Shown piece after piece: positions 18,191 through 27,376 of a stretch of 64,000 bases of DNA. The notes below the pieces were generated by a model. The model did not search any database, was not told where the DNA came from, and saw nothing but the letters and a program-made list of their open reading frames with translations. Position numbers and translations under genes: made by a program. Positions within the stretch are counted from its first letter, which is position 1, and every line of letters begins with the position of its first letter. Source of the DNA: a virus (lineage: Duplodnaviria > Caudoviricetes); IMG/VR virus record IMGVR_UViG_2974786931_000001, positions 1-64,000 of that record; one strand, 5' to 3'.

Positions 18191-19060
18191 TTATAGACTA
18201 GGTCCTCGGATATCACCTCGGAATATCCAATTAACTGAGCCATTGTTGCCATCAAACCAGGCGGGAACAACTGCCCAACCTGATGCACCACCGCGAGATG
18301 ACATATTAACAACAAAGGAGTTATTAGGGTTAGTAGGTCCGGCACCATTACCACCTAAACCACCACCTGCACCAGAATAGGCCCATAAACCACCAAAAGC
18401 TCCTGCGCCGCCGCCACCGCCGGTATCAGATGCATTGCCACCATTCTGTCCACCATTCTGTCCAGCTCCACCTGCGCCAAAAGGAGCACCGCCACCACCA
18501 CCAGCACCTTGAACCGGTGTAAATCCTATAGCTACACATGCGCCGCCACCGCCGCCACCTGCAATAACACCACGATTATCTATATTAATTCTCAAACGAT
18601 CTTGTATATGAATACCGTGAGAACCACCACCACCGTTTGGCTGTTGTTGATCATGTGATAATGCTGTGTTAGCTGTGGCGCCATTACCACCGCGCCCAAA
18701 TATCCATCCATGATTAATTACTGTAATGCTTCTAGCTGTGCCAAAATAGCTTGCATAAAAGTTAAACACAAATGTGCCTGCCGCGCCAATTAATTGAACT
18801 CCTGGGTTAATTGTTACAAATAAATCAGCACCACCAGGACCGGCATTACCAGTTGCAGCTTGAATCATATTAACTAAGACGTTAGGATTCATATTGTGAT
18901 TTGACGCTGTAAATACTATTCGTACTTCTGTTGCTTTACCTATCATTGCTGACATATTGAATGGTGTTGTCATTCTAAGTGCAGTACCTGCTGCTGCCAT
19001 CCAAGCTTGGCCTGTTTCGGCCTTAGCCGACGAACCTACCCATGGGCCTACAATAGCCAT
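18191..19060 (-). CDS. T2-type long-tail-fibre adhesin gp38 homologue, at an ectopic position
   Basis: N-terminal MAIVGPWVGSSA..ETGQ.WM..A...LR...PF.MS.M.G attachment domain; GRGGNG, IAGGGGGG, GGGGGAPFG.GG polyglycine motifs; C-terminal W...GDIRG. Confidence 0.85.
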   Translation of the reverse strand: MAIVGPWVGSSAKAETGQAWMAAAGTALRMTTPFNMSAMIGKATEVRIVFTASNHNMNPNVLVNMIQAATGNAGPGGADLFVTINPGVQLIGAAGTFVFNFYASYFGTARSITVINHGWIFGRGGNGATANTALSHDQQQPNGGGGSHGIHIQDRLRINIDNRGVIAGGGGGGACVAIGFTPVQGAGGGGGAPFGAGGAGQNGGQNGGNASDTGGGGGAGAFGGLWAYSGAGGGLGGNGAGPTNPNNSFVVNMSSRGGASGWAVVPAWFDGNNGSVNWIFRGDIRGPSL

Positions 19061-19067
19061 ATGAACC

Positions 19068-20090
19068 TCATATTTTTGAATATTTTTGCAATCTTAATTT
19101 AGCCATAAGGCCTTGTGCATAATTATTACTCAAGTATTCCATAATTTCTTCTTGAGTTGCACCGTCGTCTTTAATCATATCGTTTATATCTTTTGAAGGC
19201 CATGGAGCATTATCCCAAAACACAACCTTTTCACCAGCATTAATTAACCGTGTCATTCGAGCAATAGTATCTTCATGCCTTGGTTCATTATCCATTACCC
19301 AAATTCTTTTATCTGGGAACGGCACAGCATCTAAAGCAAGACTGCCACCTGTAATAGCGATAGCATTATTAACAAATAACGAATCTATTGGTCCTTCCAT
19401 GACAAATACATCTTTTGTGCCTTCCACTGTATCGAGGCCGTAGATTTTTGTTGCTTCTTGGTGGGCTTTGATTGTGATGTATTTTTGAGGAGCATTTGAT
19501 CTGAGAGCTCTTCCTTGGAATGATTCGATTTGTTTAGACTTATTGAAAATTGGGATAACCAGTCTTGGTTCTTGGCGCTCATTCTTATATGTTCCTGGAT
19601 TAATAGAATTGACTAACTTAGGCCATTCTGTTGTGAACCATAATCTAGACCAAGCTGATTTAGGAATACAACGATTAGAAACATATTTTATAATTGGATG
19701 ATTTTCTGACAAACTATCTAGTCTATCACAGAAATTAAGTTTTTCTATGATAGGCATAACGGCTTTTAATTTAGGTGATATTTCAACTGGTTTAGGACTA
19801 TCATGTGCTGAAGCCTTTCGTTTTTCTAAAATGAATTCACGATACATATCTTCGTCATATTCTTTTAAAAATTTAGAAAACCATTGATCGAGGTCACAGT
19901 TAAAACAATGAACGCGCATAGAATCATGGCATGGATAAGCCCAGAAACGAGCTTTCATTTGGTCCTTTTGAGAGTCACCACATACGGGACACCTCGCGTT
20001 TAATTTAAACTCGGAACCAGTAACTCGTCTATATCGTGGTAACGTACAGAAAACTTTTTCTGCATATTCTCTATCAACCCATGTGCTCAT
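19068..20090 (-). CDS. 61: DNA primase
   Basis: RCPVCGDS...K.RFW, HCFNC, FQGRAL, EGPIDSLF, DNEPR, KDINDM. Confidence 0.97.
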   Translation of the reverse strand: MSTWVDREYAEKVFCTLPRYRRVTGSEFKLNARCPVCGDSQKDQMKARFWAYPCHDSMRVHCFNCDLDQWFSKFLKEYDEDMYREFILEKRKASAHDSPKPVEISPKLKAVMPIIEKLNFCDRLDSLSENHPIIKYVSNRCIPKSAWSRLWFTTEWPKLVNSINPGTYKNERQEPRLVIPIFNKSKQIESFQGRALRSNAPQKYITIKAHQEATKIYGLDTVEGTKDVFVMEGPIDSLFVNNAIAITGGSLALDAVPFPDKRIWVMDNEPRHEDTIARMTRLINAGEKVVFWDNAPWPSKDINDMIKDDGATQEEIMEYLSNNYAQGLMAKLRLQKYSKI

Positions 20091-20119
20091 ATATACCTCA
20101 TAATGTTTAAGCTATATTA

Positions 20120-20602
20120 TCACAATTTAGATAGATTAACCTTTAGACGCTTTCTTTTACCTAATCCACTTGGTCCTTTATTTACTACAGCTCCGGTTGT
20201 CGTGCCAGAAGCAATATTTTCAGCATTCTGTTCAGGAGAAGTTCCTGCCGCTGAAGCATTGCCTGCAACCATACTTTCTAACACTGGAAGTTCTTTAAAG
20301 ATGTGATGAGTTTCAGCTTCATTAATATTAAATCGTGAAGCCATTGCTGACCATGCACTCATTAAAGAAGCTACGCCTGTCATACCAGGAACAGTTGACA
20401 TCATTCTTTTCATACTACGGACTGCAGCATGGAATGAAGTATAAGCATCCTTCTCAGCTTCAGTTTGAGGGCGTTTTAGAACTGAACCACGTTCATCAAT
20501 AATCCCATATTTAAATGCACCCCAATCTTTAAAATCTTTTTGCATCAATCGCACAAATTTATATGCATATGCAGCATCGATGCCTTGCTTAATTTTAGAC
20601 AT
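20120..20602 (-). CDS. gp61.1-like conserved protein
   Basis: YAYKF.RL..K.F..W.A...GIIDE.G..LKRP; position upstream of 61; late promoter upstream. Confidence 0.75.
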   Translation of the reverse strand: MSKIKQGIDAAYAYKFVRLMQKDFKDWGAFKYGIIDERGSVLKRPQTEAEKDAYTSFHAAVRSMKRMMSTVPGMTGVASLMSAWSAMASRFNINEAETHHIFKELPVLESMVAGNASAAGTSPEQNAENIASGTTTGAVVNKGPSGLGKRKRLKVNLSKL

Positions 20603-20603
20603 G

Positions 20604-20798
20604 TTATTCCCCTAATTGTGCTAATTCTTTATTTATAATTTCTATAGTGGCTTCAATTAGCTTTATTTTAAGAAAGAATCTATGAGCTGCCCAAGATGTA
20701 GATAATCGTGCTAGTTCAAGTTCCTTTCTTTCTAAGATAAATTCAAGGTCCTTTTTCCGTCTAGCTTTATCTACTGAGTTTATTATAGCCCAATCCAT
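20604..20798 (-). CDS. Hypothetical protein
   Basis: 64-aa ORF in packed run. Confidence 0.55.
   Translation of the reverse strand: MDWAIINSVDKARRKKDLEFILERKELELARLSTSWAAHRFFLKIKLIEATIEIINKELAQLGE
20630..20637 (-). promoter_or_regulatory. Late promoter TATAAATA upstream of 61.1
   Basis: Exact consensus about 28 nt upstream of ATG 20602. Confidence 0.7.
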
Positions 20799-21073
20799 TG
20801 TAGAACCTCTTGAACCGATTGTTTTTCACAATACAAATTAGTTCCAGCCACGACCATATCTTTTTCAGATAAATCATCTAAAAGCATTTTCTGATTAGTT
20901 GTAGCGCCTTTAGCTAAATCTTTAATCAATTTTTCATCTGCACCAGGAGTACCTTCAATAAAGCGAATGCACTCAATAGAAGTATATCCACTGTCAGGAG
21001 CAGAGTAAGAAGCAAAAGCTGGTGCACTACAAGAAGTCATTGCAAAAATTAAAGCTAAGATAGAAGTTTTCAT
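20783..21073 (-). CDS. sp: Spackle periplasmic lysozyme inhibitor
   Basis: Signal peptide MK..I.A.IFA..SC.A..A.A, two Cys (C...LYC), size and position of T4 61.3. Confidence 0.7.
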   Translation of the reverse strand: MKTSILALIFAMTSCSAPAFASYSAPDSGYTSIECIRFIEGTPGADEKLIKDLAKGATTNQKMLLDDLSEKDMVVAGTNLYCEKQSVQEVLQWIGL

Positions 21074-21390
21074 TTTATTTCCTCACAAAATGCCCAATCA
21101 GCATGATAAACCGTTGCGCCTTTAACATCACTTAAACAAACCACATCTACAGGTGCAATAACACTATACAAACGTGGTTCTCCTCCGTATGAACGAGCAG
21201 CTCGCCCAGCATATATTTTAGCTAAGCCAATATCTTCAGTAAAGAACACACGACCTAGATTTTTCTTACGTCCAACTTCAGAAATAATACCTGTTGTATC
21301 AGGTGGACAAAGCATAAAATCAATATTAGCATTACTTGATGAACCATGATAAAACACTTTATGCTCAACTTTACAATCGATAGTTTTCAT
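21070..21390 (-). CDS. Small ADP-ribosyltransferase-fold protein (H-Y type)
   Basis: FYHGSS ... VFFT.D...A..YA..A. Confidence 0.5.
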   Translation of the reverse strand: MKTIDCKVEHKVFYHGSSSNANIDFMLCPPDTTGIISEVGRKKNLGRVFFTEDIGLAKIYAGRAARSYGGEPRLYSVIAPVDVVCLSDVKGATVYHADWAFCEEIK

Positions 21391-21444
21391 ATTATCTCCA
21401 GTTGGTATAAAAATATAATATCATGTTTCTAGGAGATGTAAACC

Positions 21445-21465
21445 AAAAAGAGCCCGAAGGCTCTT
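21445..21465 (-). terminator. Terminator after gp41, followed by early promoter (GTTTAC 21438-21443)
   Basis: AAGAGCC-TTCG-GGCTCTT-TTT. Confidence 0.85.
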
Positions 21466-21467
21466 AT

Positions 21468-22892
21468 TTAGAATTTAAATTCATCTGCTAATTTATCTAG
21501 TTCTGAACGTTCAACAGCACGTTGTCCTGCTTCACGTTTCATTTCGCCAAGAACTTCTCTTACCGGAGTAGGTTCTGATTTAGATTGGTCATCGAGTTCA
21601 TACCAACGTTGATTTCCTTTCTTAACACCTAATGTAAACTTGCCATATTTGATATGTTTTTTATCGCCATATCTAGACTTAATCTGTTTGATTAATTGTT
21701 GTCCCATTTGAGCAAGTTCGTCTGTTTCAATTATAGCCAACATAAAGTCTGCTGTAGCTGGTAAACCTGCTGATTCAGCAACATCAGCCATATCAATATC
21801 AGAAGCGTCCCATGCACCACGTCCAACCTGAGCACCAGTCCACCAAGCAGTATTTGTTTCAACAGCTAGTCCACGAATTTCTTCAGCAACCGATTTAACA
21901 ATAGCATAACTATTTTCACTAAAGTTTTTAATACGAGAAGAACCAGTGATAGCCAAATAGTCAAGCATAATAACATCTGGAACGAAATTATCTTTTAATT
22001 CAAGTTCTTTAAGCATTGCACGGAATGTGTTAGCATTAGCACCACCAGTAGGATATTGCTTAACTTTTAAGCGTCCTAATCCTGATGTCTTACGCCATTT
22101 TTCCATCTTAGCTTTATATTCAGGCCAAGAGATATGCCCATCATCGATATCATCCAATGACACATCAAGCAAGTTAGCATCAATACGCTTAGCACATACC
22201 TCTTCAGACATTTCCATACTTATATAAAGTACGTTATATCCTGATTGCATATAATCAGCTGCAAGGCTACACAAGCCAAGTGACTTACCAACGTTAACAC
22301 CTGCCATTAAAATATTCAGTGTACCACGTTCGACGCCACCTTTAGTAGCTTTATTCAAAATGCCAATTCTAAAAGGAATCTTAGCTGCTTTAGAAATATA
22401 TGATTGGAAACGAGCTTCATAATCACCAAGCCAGTCATGACCTAATTCAGCATCAAAACAAATAGATAATGCATCACGCATGATATCAGGAATTGCACCT
22501 ATATCAGGCATCCTTTTATCTTGTTTACCGACAGGCAATTCGGCATTAGTTTGAATCTCAATGATACGAGATGTAGCATTATACATTGCTTGTTGTTGAA
22601 TATATTTTTCAGATTCTTTAATAAGCCAATTTTGGTCTTCTGGGGTGCTTTTCAATTCAGCCAATAATTTAGAAGCGCCTTGTAATTCGATGTCACTTAT
22701 TTTACTATTAGCTAATGCTACTTCTAAAGCTGTTTTAGTAGGAACTTTGTTATATGAATCTACGTGAGTCTTAATAGTTTTGAAAAGTGTTTTTGCCGGC
22801 CCATTAGCAAAATAAGAAGCATCCATATAGGGCCAGACTTTTGAAAAATACGGTTGGTTATCAAGTAACTGAGATAAAATAATTTCTACCAC
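21468..22892 (-). CDS. 41: Replicative DNA helicase
   Basis: GTG start; AGVNVGKSLGLC, YISMEM, KQYPTGGA, AESAGLPATADF, KSRYGD. Confidence 0.97.
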   Translation of the reverse strand: MVEIILSQLLDNQPYFSKVWPYMDASYFANGPAKTLFKTIKTHVDSYNKVPTKTALEVALANSKISDIELQGASKLLAELKSTPEDQNWLIKESEKYIQQQAMYNATSRIIEIQTNAELPVGKQDKRMPDIGAIPDIMRDALSICFDAELGHDWLGDYEARFQSYISKAAKIPFRIGILNKATKGGVERGTLNILMAGVNVGKSLGLCSLAADYMQSGYNVLYISMEMSEEVCAKRIDANLLDVSLDDIDDGHISWPEYKAKMEKWRKTSGLGRLKVKQYPTGGANANTFRAMLKELELKDNFVPDVIMLDYLAITGSSRIKNFSENSYAIVKSVAEEIRGLAVETNTAWWTGAQVGRGAWDASDIDMADVAESAGLPATADFMLAIIETDELAQMGQQLIKQIKSRYGDKKHIKYGKFTLGVKKGNQRWYELDDQSKSEPTPVREVLGEMKREAGQRAVERSELDKLADEFKF

Positions 22893-22907
22893 TGGAGCCT
22901 CTTTTAA

Positions 22908-23255
22908 TTAAAAGAACAAGAACCTTCGTTTTGGTGCTTGCTTAACAGATTCAATTTGTAATTTAATACAATTTTCTACATGTTCGTATAATTCGTCCTT
23001 TCTATCAGTTGATGGAGTACTGAATTTTACTTCAACTTTACCTTTTGGAGTAATGTCGATAGAATGAATATAACACATGTGTTTTGATGCGTCTGGAAGA
23101 GATATTAGAATCTCTTGCATAACATCTTCCATAGCTTTTTTAACGAAGCTAAGACTTTTATTATAAATCTTTTCTTCATCAGAAATGGTAGAAGCTCCTT
23201 TCGGAGCCTCATTTAAACCAAGTTCATCTTCAAGTTCTAATAAATCTTCGTTCAT
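22908..23255 (-). CDS. 40: Head vertex assembly chaperone
   Basis: V.QEI.I.LPD...H..YI ... F.TPS; between uvsX and 41. Confidence 0.85.
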   Translation of the reverse strand: MNEDLLELEDELGLNEAPKGASTISDEEKIYNKSLSFVKKAMEDVMQEILISLPDASKHMCYIHSIDITPKGKVEVKFSTPSTDRKDELYEHVENCIKLQIESVKQAPKRRFLFF

Positions 23256-23256
23256 A

Positions 23257-24435
23257 TTATTCTTCTTCAGAATCTAAATCCAATTCATCGAGGTCGCTTT
23301 CAATCTTACCTGCTGAACTTCCAGTGAATATACCTTTTGGAAGACCCATAGTAGATTTGCAATTAATCATATCATCGACTTCAGCATCGATTTCTGGGTT
23401 ACTTGTAATTGCACCTAATTTGTAGCGAGTTTCTATAGCTTCACGGAATGGTCGATGTTTGAACAATGGAGCCCAGAAATCAACGGAGTCAGTAGCTTTA
23501 ATACGCCATGACTTTTCTTCCATAACCATTTCACCGGTTTCATCATCTAAGTAAGCACGATTATACCAGCCGTTTTTAGGTTTCATAACATAACCAAGTT
23601 CACAAGCTAATTCAATCAAACCACTGAACGGGTCAATACCGCCGTCAAAATTAACTGTAATAGGGAACGTAGATTTTTCTTTAACCGTACGTGATTTTTC
23701 AGCTTTCAATGTAAAATCATAACCAGTTAATTCAGTTCCATCTTTAACTTGACGTTTAGAAATAAAGAACACTGTGTTTGCACTGTACAAAATACCAGTA
23801 CCGCCACCCATGATTTCTTTAGGATACATACCACCGATTTCCATTGCTGTATGGTTAATAGCCACGCACGGAATATCTTTAATTGTTAAGAATGGAGTTA
23901 CAATACGGAATAATGATTTCAAGCTCTTAGCACGAGTCATGTCACCAACAACTTTTTCATTCAAAGCATCTTCAGTTTCTTTCTTAGAAGCTGTGTTACC
24001 AATTGAGTCAATAAAGATAACAACTTTTTCACCACGATTGATAGCTTCTAATTGGTTAGTCATATCAACTTTAAGTTGTTCGACCGATTGGATTGGAGTA
24101 TGAACTACGCGGTCTAAATCTACACCCATTGATCGGAAATAAGCTTCAGAAGCACCAAACTCGGAATCATAGAATAAACAAATTGCATCTTTATATTTTT
24201 TCATATAAGCTGCAACCATTGTCAAACCAAACAATGTTTTGAAGTGTTTAGATGGAGCAGCAAAAATTGTTAAACCACTTTGCAAACCAGTATTCAAACC
24301 ACCACCAAACGCAATATTCAACATAGGAATACGTGTTGGCACTTCATCACGATTATTAAACAGTTTCGACTTAGTCAAATCTGCAGTCATTTTAGAAGTA
24401 GAAGCTTTAATTAGGCGGGACTTTAATTCTGACAT
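23257..24435 (-). CDS. uvsX: RecA-like recombinase UvsX
   Basis: APSKHFKT, FYDSEFG, IDSIGN, MGGGTG. Confidence 0.97.
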   Translation of the reverse strand: MSELKSRLIKASTSKMTADLTKSKLFNNRDEVPTRIPMLNIAFGGGLNTGLQSGLTIFAAPSKHFKTLFGLTMVAAYMKKYKDAICLFYDSEFGASEAYFRSMGVDLDRVVHTPIQSVEQLKVDMTNQLEAINRGEKVVIFIDSIGNTASKKETEDALNEKVVGDMTRAKSLKSLFRIVTPFLTIKDIPCVAINHTAMEIGGMYPKEIMGGGTGILYSANTVFFISKRQVKDGTELTGYDFTLKAEKSRTVKEKSTFPITVNFDGGIDPFSGLIELACELGYVMKPKNGWYNRAYLDDETGEMVMEEKSWRIKATDSVDFWAPLFKHRPFREAIETRYKLGAITSNPEIDAEVDDMINCKSTMGLPKGIFTGSSAGKIESDLDELDLDSEEE

Positions 24436-24513
24436 TCATTATTTCCATAGGCACCATAATATTTTTCTCATGTTGTTTAAGATAGTTTATAATAACACGT
24501 TTATACTAAAGCA

Positions 24514-24708
24514 TCATTTTACAAGTTCAACTTCTGTTGTCTCACATACTTCGTAAGCTTTTTTACATTGTTGACAAAAACCATTCCACCAACAACTAAA
24601 ATAATCGCAGCCTTCCGACCCTTCATGTACGAATGTATCATTACCGCATTCACATCTAAATTTAATAGCTCGATAAACTTTAAGTTTCATAATTATTTTC
24701 TCATACAA
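24514..24708 (-). CDS. Small Cys-rich (zinc-ribbon) protein
   Basis: CECG ... CQQC. Confidence 0.55.
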   Translation of the reverse strand: MYEKIIMKLKVYRAIKFRCECGNDTFVHEGSEGCDYFSCWWNGFCQQCKKAYEVCETTEVELVK

Positions 24709-25154
24709 TTATTAAATTTAACCATAGCACTTTTACGAACTTCGACTAATTTACTACGAGCTTTAGTTGATACTTCGGGTAGTGGTGAAGCATAAGCTAA
24801 CTCGAGCTCATCAGTTGCATTAGCAAGTTCCATAGCGCCAATAAGTTCGCATTTTTGCTGACGATTCAGACGAGAACGTTCAGCATTATTATCTGCTGTC
24901 ATCTGTGCATGCCATTCATCAAGACGTTGGTCTTCGGCTTCTTTTTCAGCTGCAACTTGCGCATCAATGATAGCATATTTTCCATTAATAGGCTGCTTAG
25001 TATAATACACAATTCGCCCATTAGTTCCTGCAGCTAAGCCAGAAAGATACATAGGCTTTAAAGCATAATTCTTGCTAGGCTCAGGCAAATCAATAGATGC
25101 ACAACCAGTAAGAGCTAAGCATAAGGTAAGGATTGGAATTTTTAAATAGTTCAT
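24693..25154 (-). CDS. Putative lipoprotein
   Basis: Signal peptide with lipobox LTG-C; AGGAG SD. Confidence 0.65.
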   Translation of the reverse strand: MNYLKIPILTLCLALTGCASIDLPEPSKNYALKPMYLSGLAAGTNGRIVYYTKQPINGKYAIIDAQVAAEKEAEDQRLDEWHAQMTADNNAERSRLNRQQKCELIGAMELANATDELELAYASPLPEVSTKARSKLVEVRKSAMVKFNNCMRK

Positions 25155-25170
25155 TTTATTCTCCTAAGTA

Positions 25171-25198
25171 AGTAGGGTCATAGTATCATAACCCTACT
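25171..25198 (-). promoter_or_regulatory. Promoter stem-loop enclosing TACTAT -10
   Basis: AGTAGGGT/ACCCTACT inverted repeat around atagta. Confidence 0.55.
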
Positions 25199-25212
25199 AT
25201 TTTTCTAGTGCT

Positions 25213-25773
25213 TTAAGCTCTATGAGCCCACTTTATGATTCTAGAGATGATTCGTTGTTGAGAATTAGCATCAACAGACTTAATCTTATTAGCGCCGTTA
25301 TGATTAAGAACTTGGACTTGTTCAATATCATGTTCATTTGCAAATGTTTTAAATAACGAAATAATATAATTAAAATCTTCTTTAGATAAAGAAATTAAAT
25401 CATCTTTAAATGAACTATCAATATTATTTCGCATCAAAATCAAAGTCAGAACTTTATGGTTATCAACTAGACGCAAGTAATCAGTTTCATACTGCTCAAA
25501 TTCTTCTAAATCAACAGATTTATTACGCCATAATCCATATACCCAATTACTAATATATCCGCGGTCTAAGATATAAATTTTAGTTGGATCAAGATGTTCG
25601 AGCATTGTTTCAAAACAAGCTACTTCATTTCGTGATTTAATATCAAAACGTCCTGAATCAGTTCGTTTAGGAAAATCAATCAATTCATATTTGTCACTAA
25701 TTTGTAGAATATTACGGACCATTGTAGTTTTACCTGCATTATCAGGTCCGTCGATAAGAATTAGTCGTGCCAT
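25213..25773 (-). CDS. Thymidylate-kinase-like dNMP kinase (modified dCMP kinase candidate)
   Basis: P-loop IDGPDNAGKTT, ILDRGYISNWVY. Confidence 0.8.
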   Translation of the reverse strand: MARLILIDGPDNAGKTTMVRNILQISDKYELIDFPKRTDSGRFDIKSRNEVACFETMLEHLDPTKIYILDRGYISNWVYGLWRNKSVDLEEFEQYETDYLRLVDNHKVLTLILMRNNIDSSFKDDLISLSKEDFNYIISLFKTFANEHDIEQVQVLNHNGANKIKSVDANSQQRIISRIIKWAHRA

Positions 25774-26675
25774 ACAGCCTCTTTAATAACAACATCATCA
25801 TATGTAGGTATATTATACGGCGAATTAATTGAAGCATTAAAGTAAATGAATTCTGCCAAACCTGGATGGAATACTTCTTCTGGGTCTTCTAAGTAAACAA
25901 TTTCTGGCCTACCTTTTAAGACTTGATAATATTCACGTTTAGATAAACTAATTTCTGATATATTGCCAAGAATAGAATACTTTCTTCTATCAAAGGAATT
26001 ATTAGGGTTGGTGATATAAAGCGTATTATTTGTGTCAATACAGTGTTTAAGTACATCTTCAAATTTGTAACACGGATCACTAATTCTAAATGGATGGAAG
26101 ACACCATCCAAAACTATAGGCTCAAGGCCAGCAGCATAGCGCTCGATGACGCTAGGGCGTATTACCTTAGTGGTCACTATGATATTATCTGGTTCAGCAC
26201 CGTAACGTACTAGAGTGTCTTTCTGATTATTATTAAGCACTGTAGTGTATCGACTGAAGTTCACAGATTCAACATCGATTTCGATAAATTCATCGATATA
26301 ACTACGGACGTTATTTGGGTTCATAGTGATATTAAAATTAAAGATTACTGAGTGTTCACCTCTGTACCCTGTTATATCAGTAATGAGTTCATCACAATCA
26401 TAATACTCAACTAATGAATCTACAACATATTGATTTTCTAACCAGAAATGTTTACGAGTTTCATAAGCGTTTTCTTTATACTGCAATGGAACGAAATGGA
26501 ATTCTGGGAATAGTTCAATGCATTCATCAATATCGCTTGCATTCTTAGGAACAGTAATGATATCGCCAGATACTGCACGATTAAGATGTAATTGAAGATT
26601 GCCGTCCTTTAAGACGGCATATTTGTTATCAGCGTATGAACGCATACTGTAAATAGGGACAATGAATTTACTCAT
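25761..26675 (-). CDS. Putative glycosyl (arabinosyl) transferase
   Basis: Occupies the beta-gt position next to the 42-like gene; FHPFRISD..YK and LSK.EYY..L..R...HP...E segments resemble GT-B C-terminal motifs; inference from context. Confidence 0.55.
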   Translation of the reverse strand: MSKFIVPIYSMRSYADNKYAVLKDGNLQLHLNRAVSGDIITVPKNASDIDECIELFPEFHFVPLQYKENAYETRKHFWLENQYVVDSLVEYYDCDELITDITGYRGEHSVIFNFNITMNPNNVRSYIDEFIEIDVESVNFSRYTTVLNNNQKDTLVRYGAEPDNIIVTTKVIRPSVIERYAAGLEPIVLDGVFHPFRISDPCYKFEDVLKHCIDTNNTLYITNPNNSFDRRKYSILGNISEISLSKREYYQVLKGRPEIVYLEDPEEVFHPGLAEFIYFNASINSPYNIPTYDDVVIKEAVWHD

Positions 26676-27376
26676 TCGGCAAAACCTTTAGCATAATCAA
26701 AATCGCGTTCAAACACATGGGCAGAAACCATGGTATGAGTATAATCGCCTAATTCAACACCGCATTCGTTAGCGATATATTCCATCAACTTACCTTGTAG
26801 ATAGAAATCCAGTTGCATAACAATAGCACAGTTTTGCGAACGCATATGGCAATGAGCATACAACTTGCCATCACGAATATAATAAGTCACTGAATCTGTA
26901 CAAGGATATTCTAAACTTTCGTCTGAATCAAGCAAAGCTTGATCTTGTTCTTGGAGAATTTGGAACACAACTCTTCGTGAGTTAGGCTTTTCTTTAAGTT
27001 CTTTAAGTAAGGCTGGCAACTGGGCAACAATTCGAGGTCCATAGAAAGTGTTGAAGTTTGCAGGCAATATGTCACTTTTCGGTTTATTAATGAACTTAGC
27101 AACATTAGGATATTCCTTAAATGCTTCAGCGGCATCTGTGCCACCAGAAATCATAAACTTCCAAAAAGCTTCAGCATAATCATAATCAATACGATTAATG
27201 CGTGGGTCTTCGAATTTATATGAAGACGGTTCAGATACACGAATAATCATTGAGCCAATTTCATTACAACGTCCAATGCGAGAATTAATTACGAAATCTG
27301 GTTTTTCAATAATATTCCAGATAGCTGCTTTAAATGCTTCTTCAAAAGTTTGTTCATTAATATCATAATTTGTCAT
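26672..27376 (-). CDS. 42: Thymidylate-synthase-fold dCMP-modifying enzyme (gp42 position; putative dCMP hydroxylase)
   Basis: YGPR, NSRRVV, YPCT (catalytic Cys), HMRSQN, LD (Asp for cytosine specificity), SAHVFERDF. Confidence 0.85.
   Translation of the reverse strand: MTNYDINEQTFEEAFKAAIWNIIEKPDFVINSRIGRCNEIGSMIIRVSEPSSYKFEDPRINRIDYDYAEAFWKFMISGGTDAAEAFKEYPNVAKFINKPKSDILPANFNTFYGPRIVAQLPALLKELKEKPNSRRVVFQILQEQDQALLDSDESLEYPCTDSVTYYIRDGKLYAHCHMRSQNCAIVMQLDFYLQGKLMEYIANECGVELGDYTHTMVSAHVFERDFDYAKGFAE

Noticed and set aside
18148-18380. Short ORFs overlapping the glycine-rich adhesin 3' end
   Set aside because: By-products of GC-rich Gly codons; Pro-rich shadow frames
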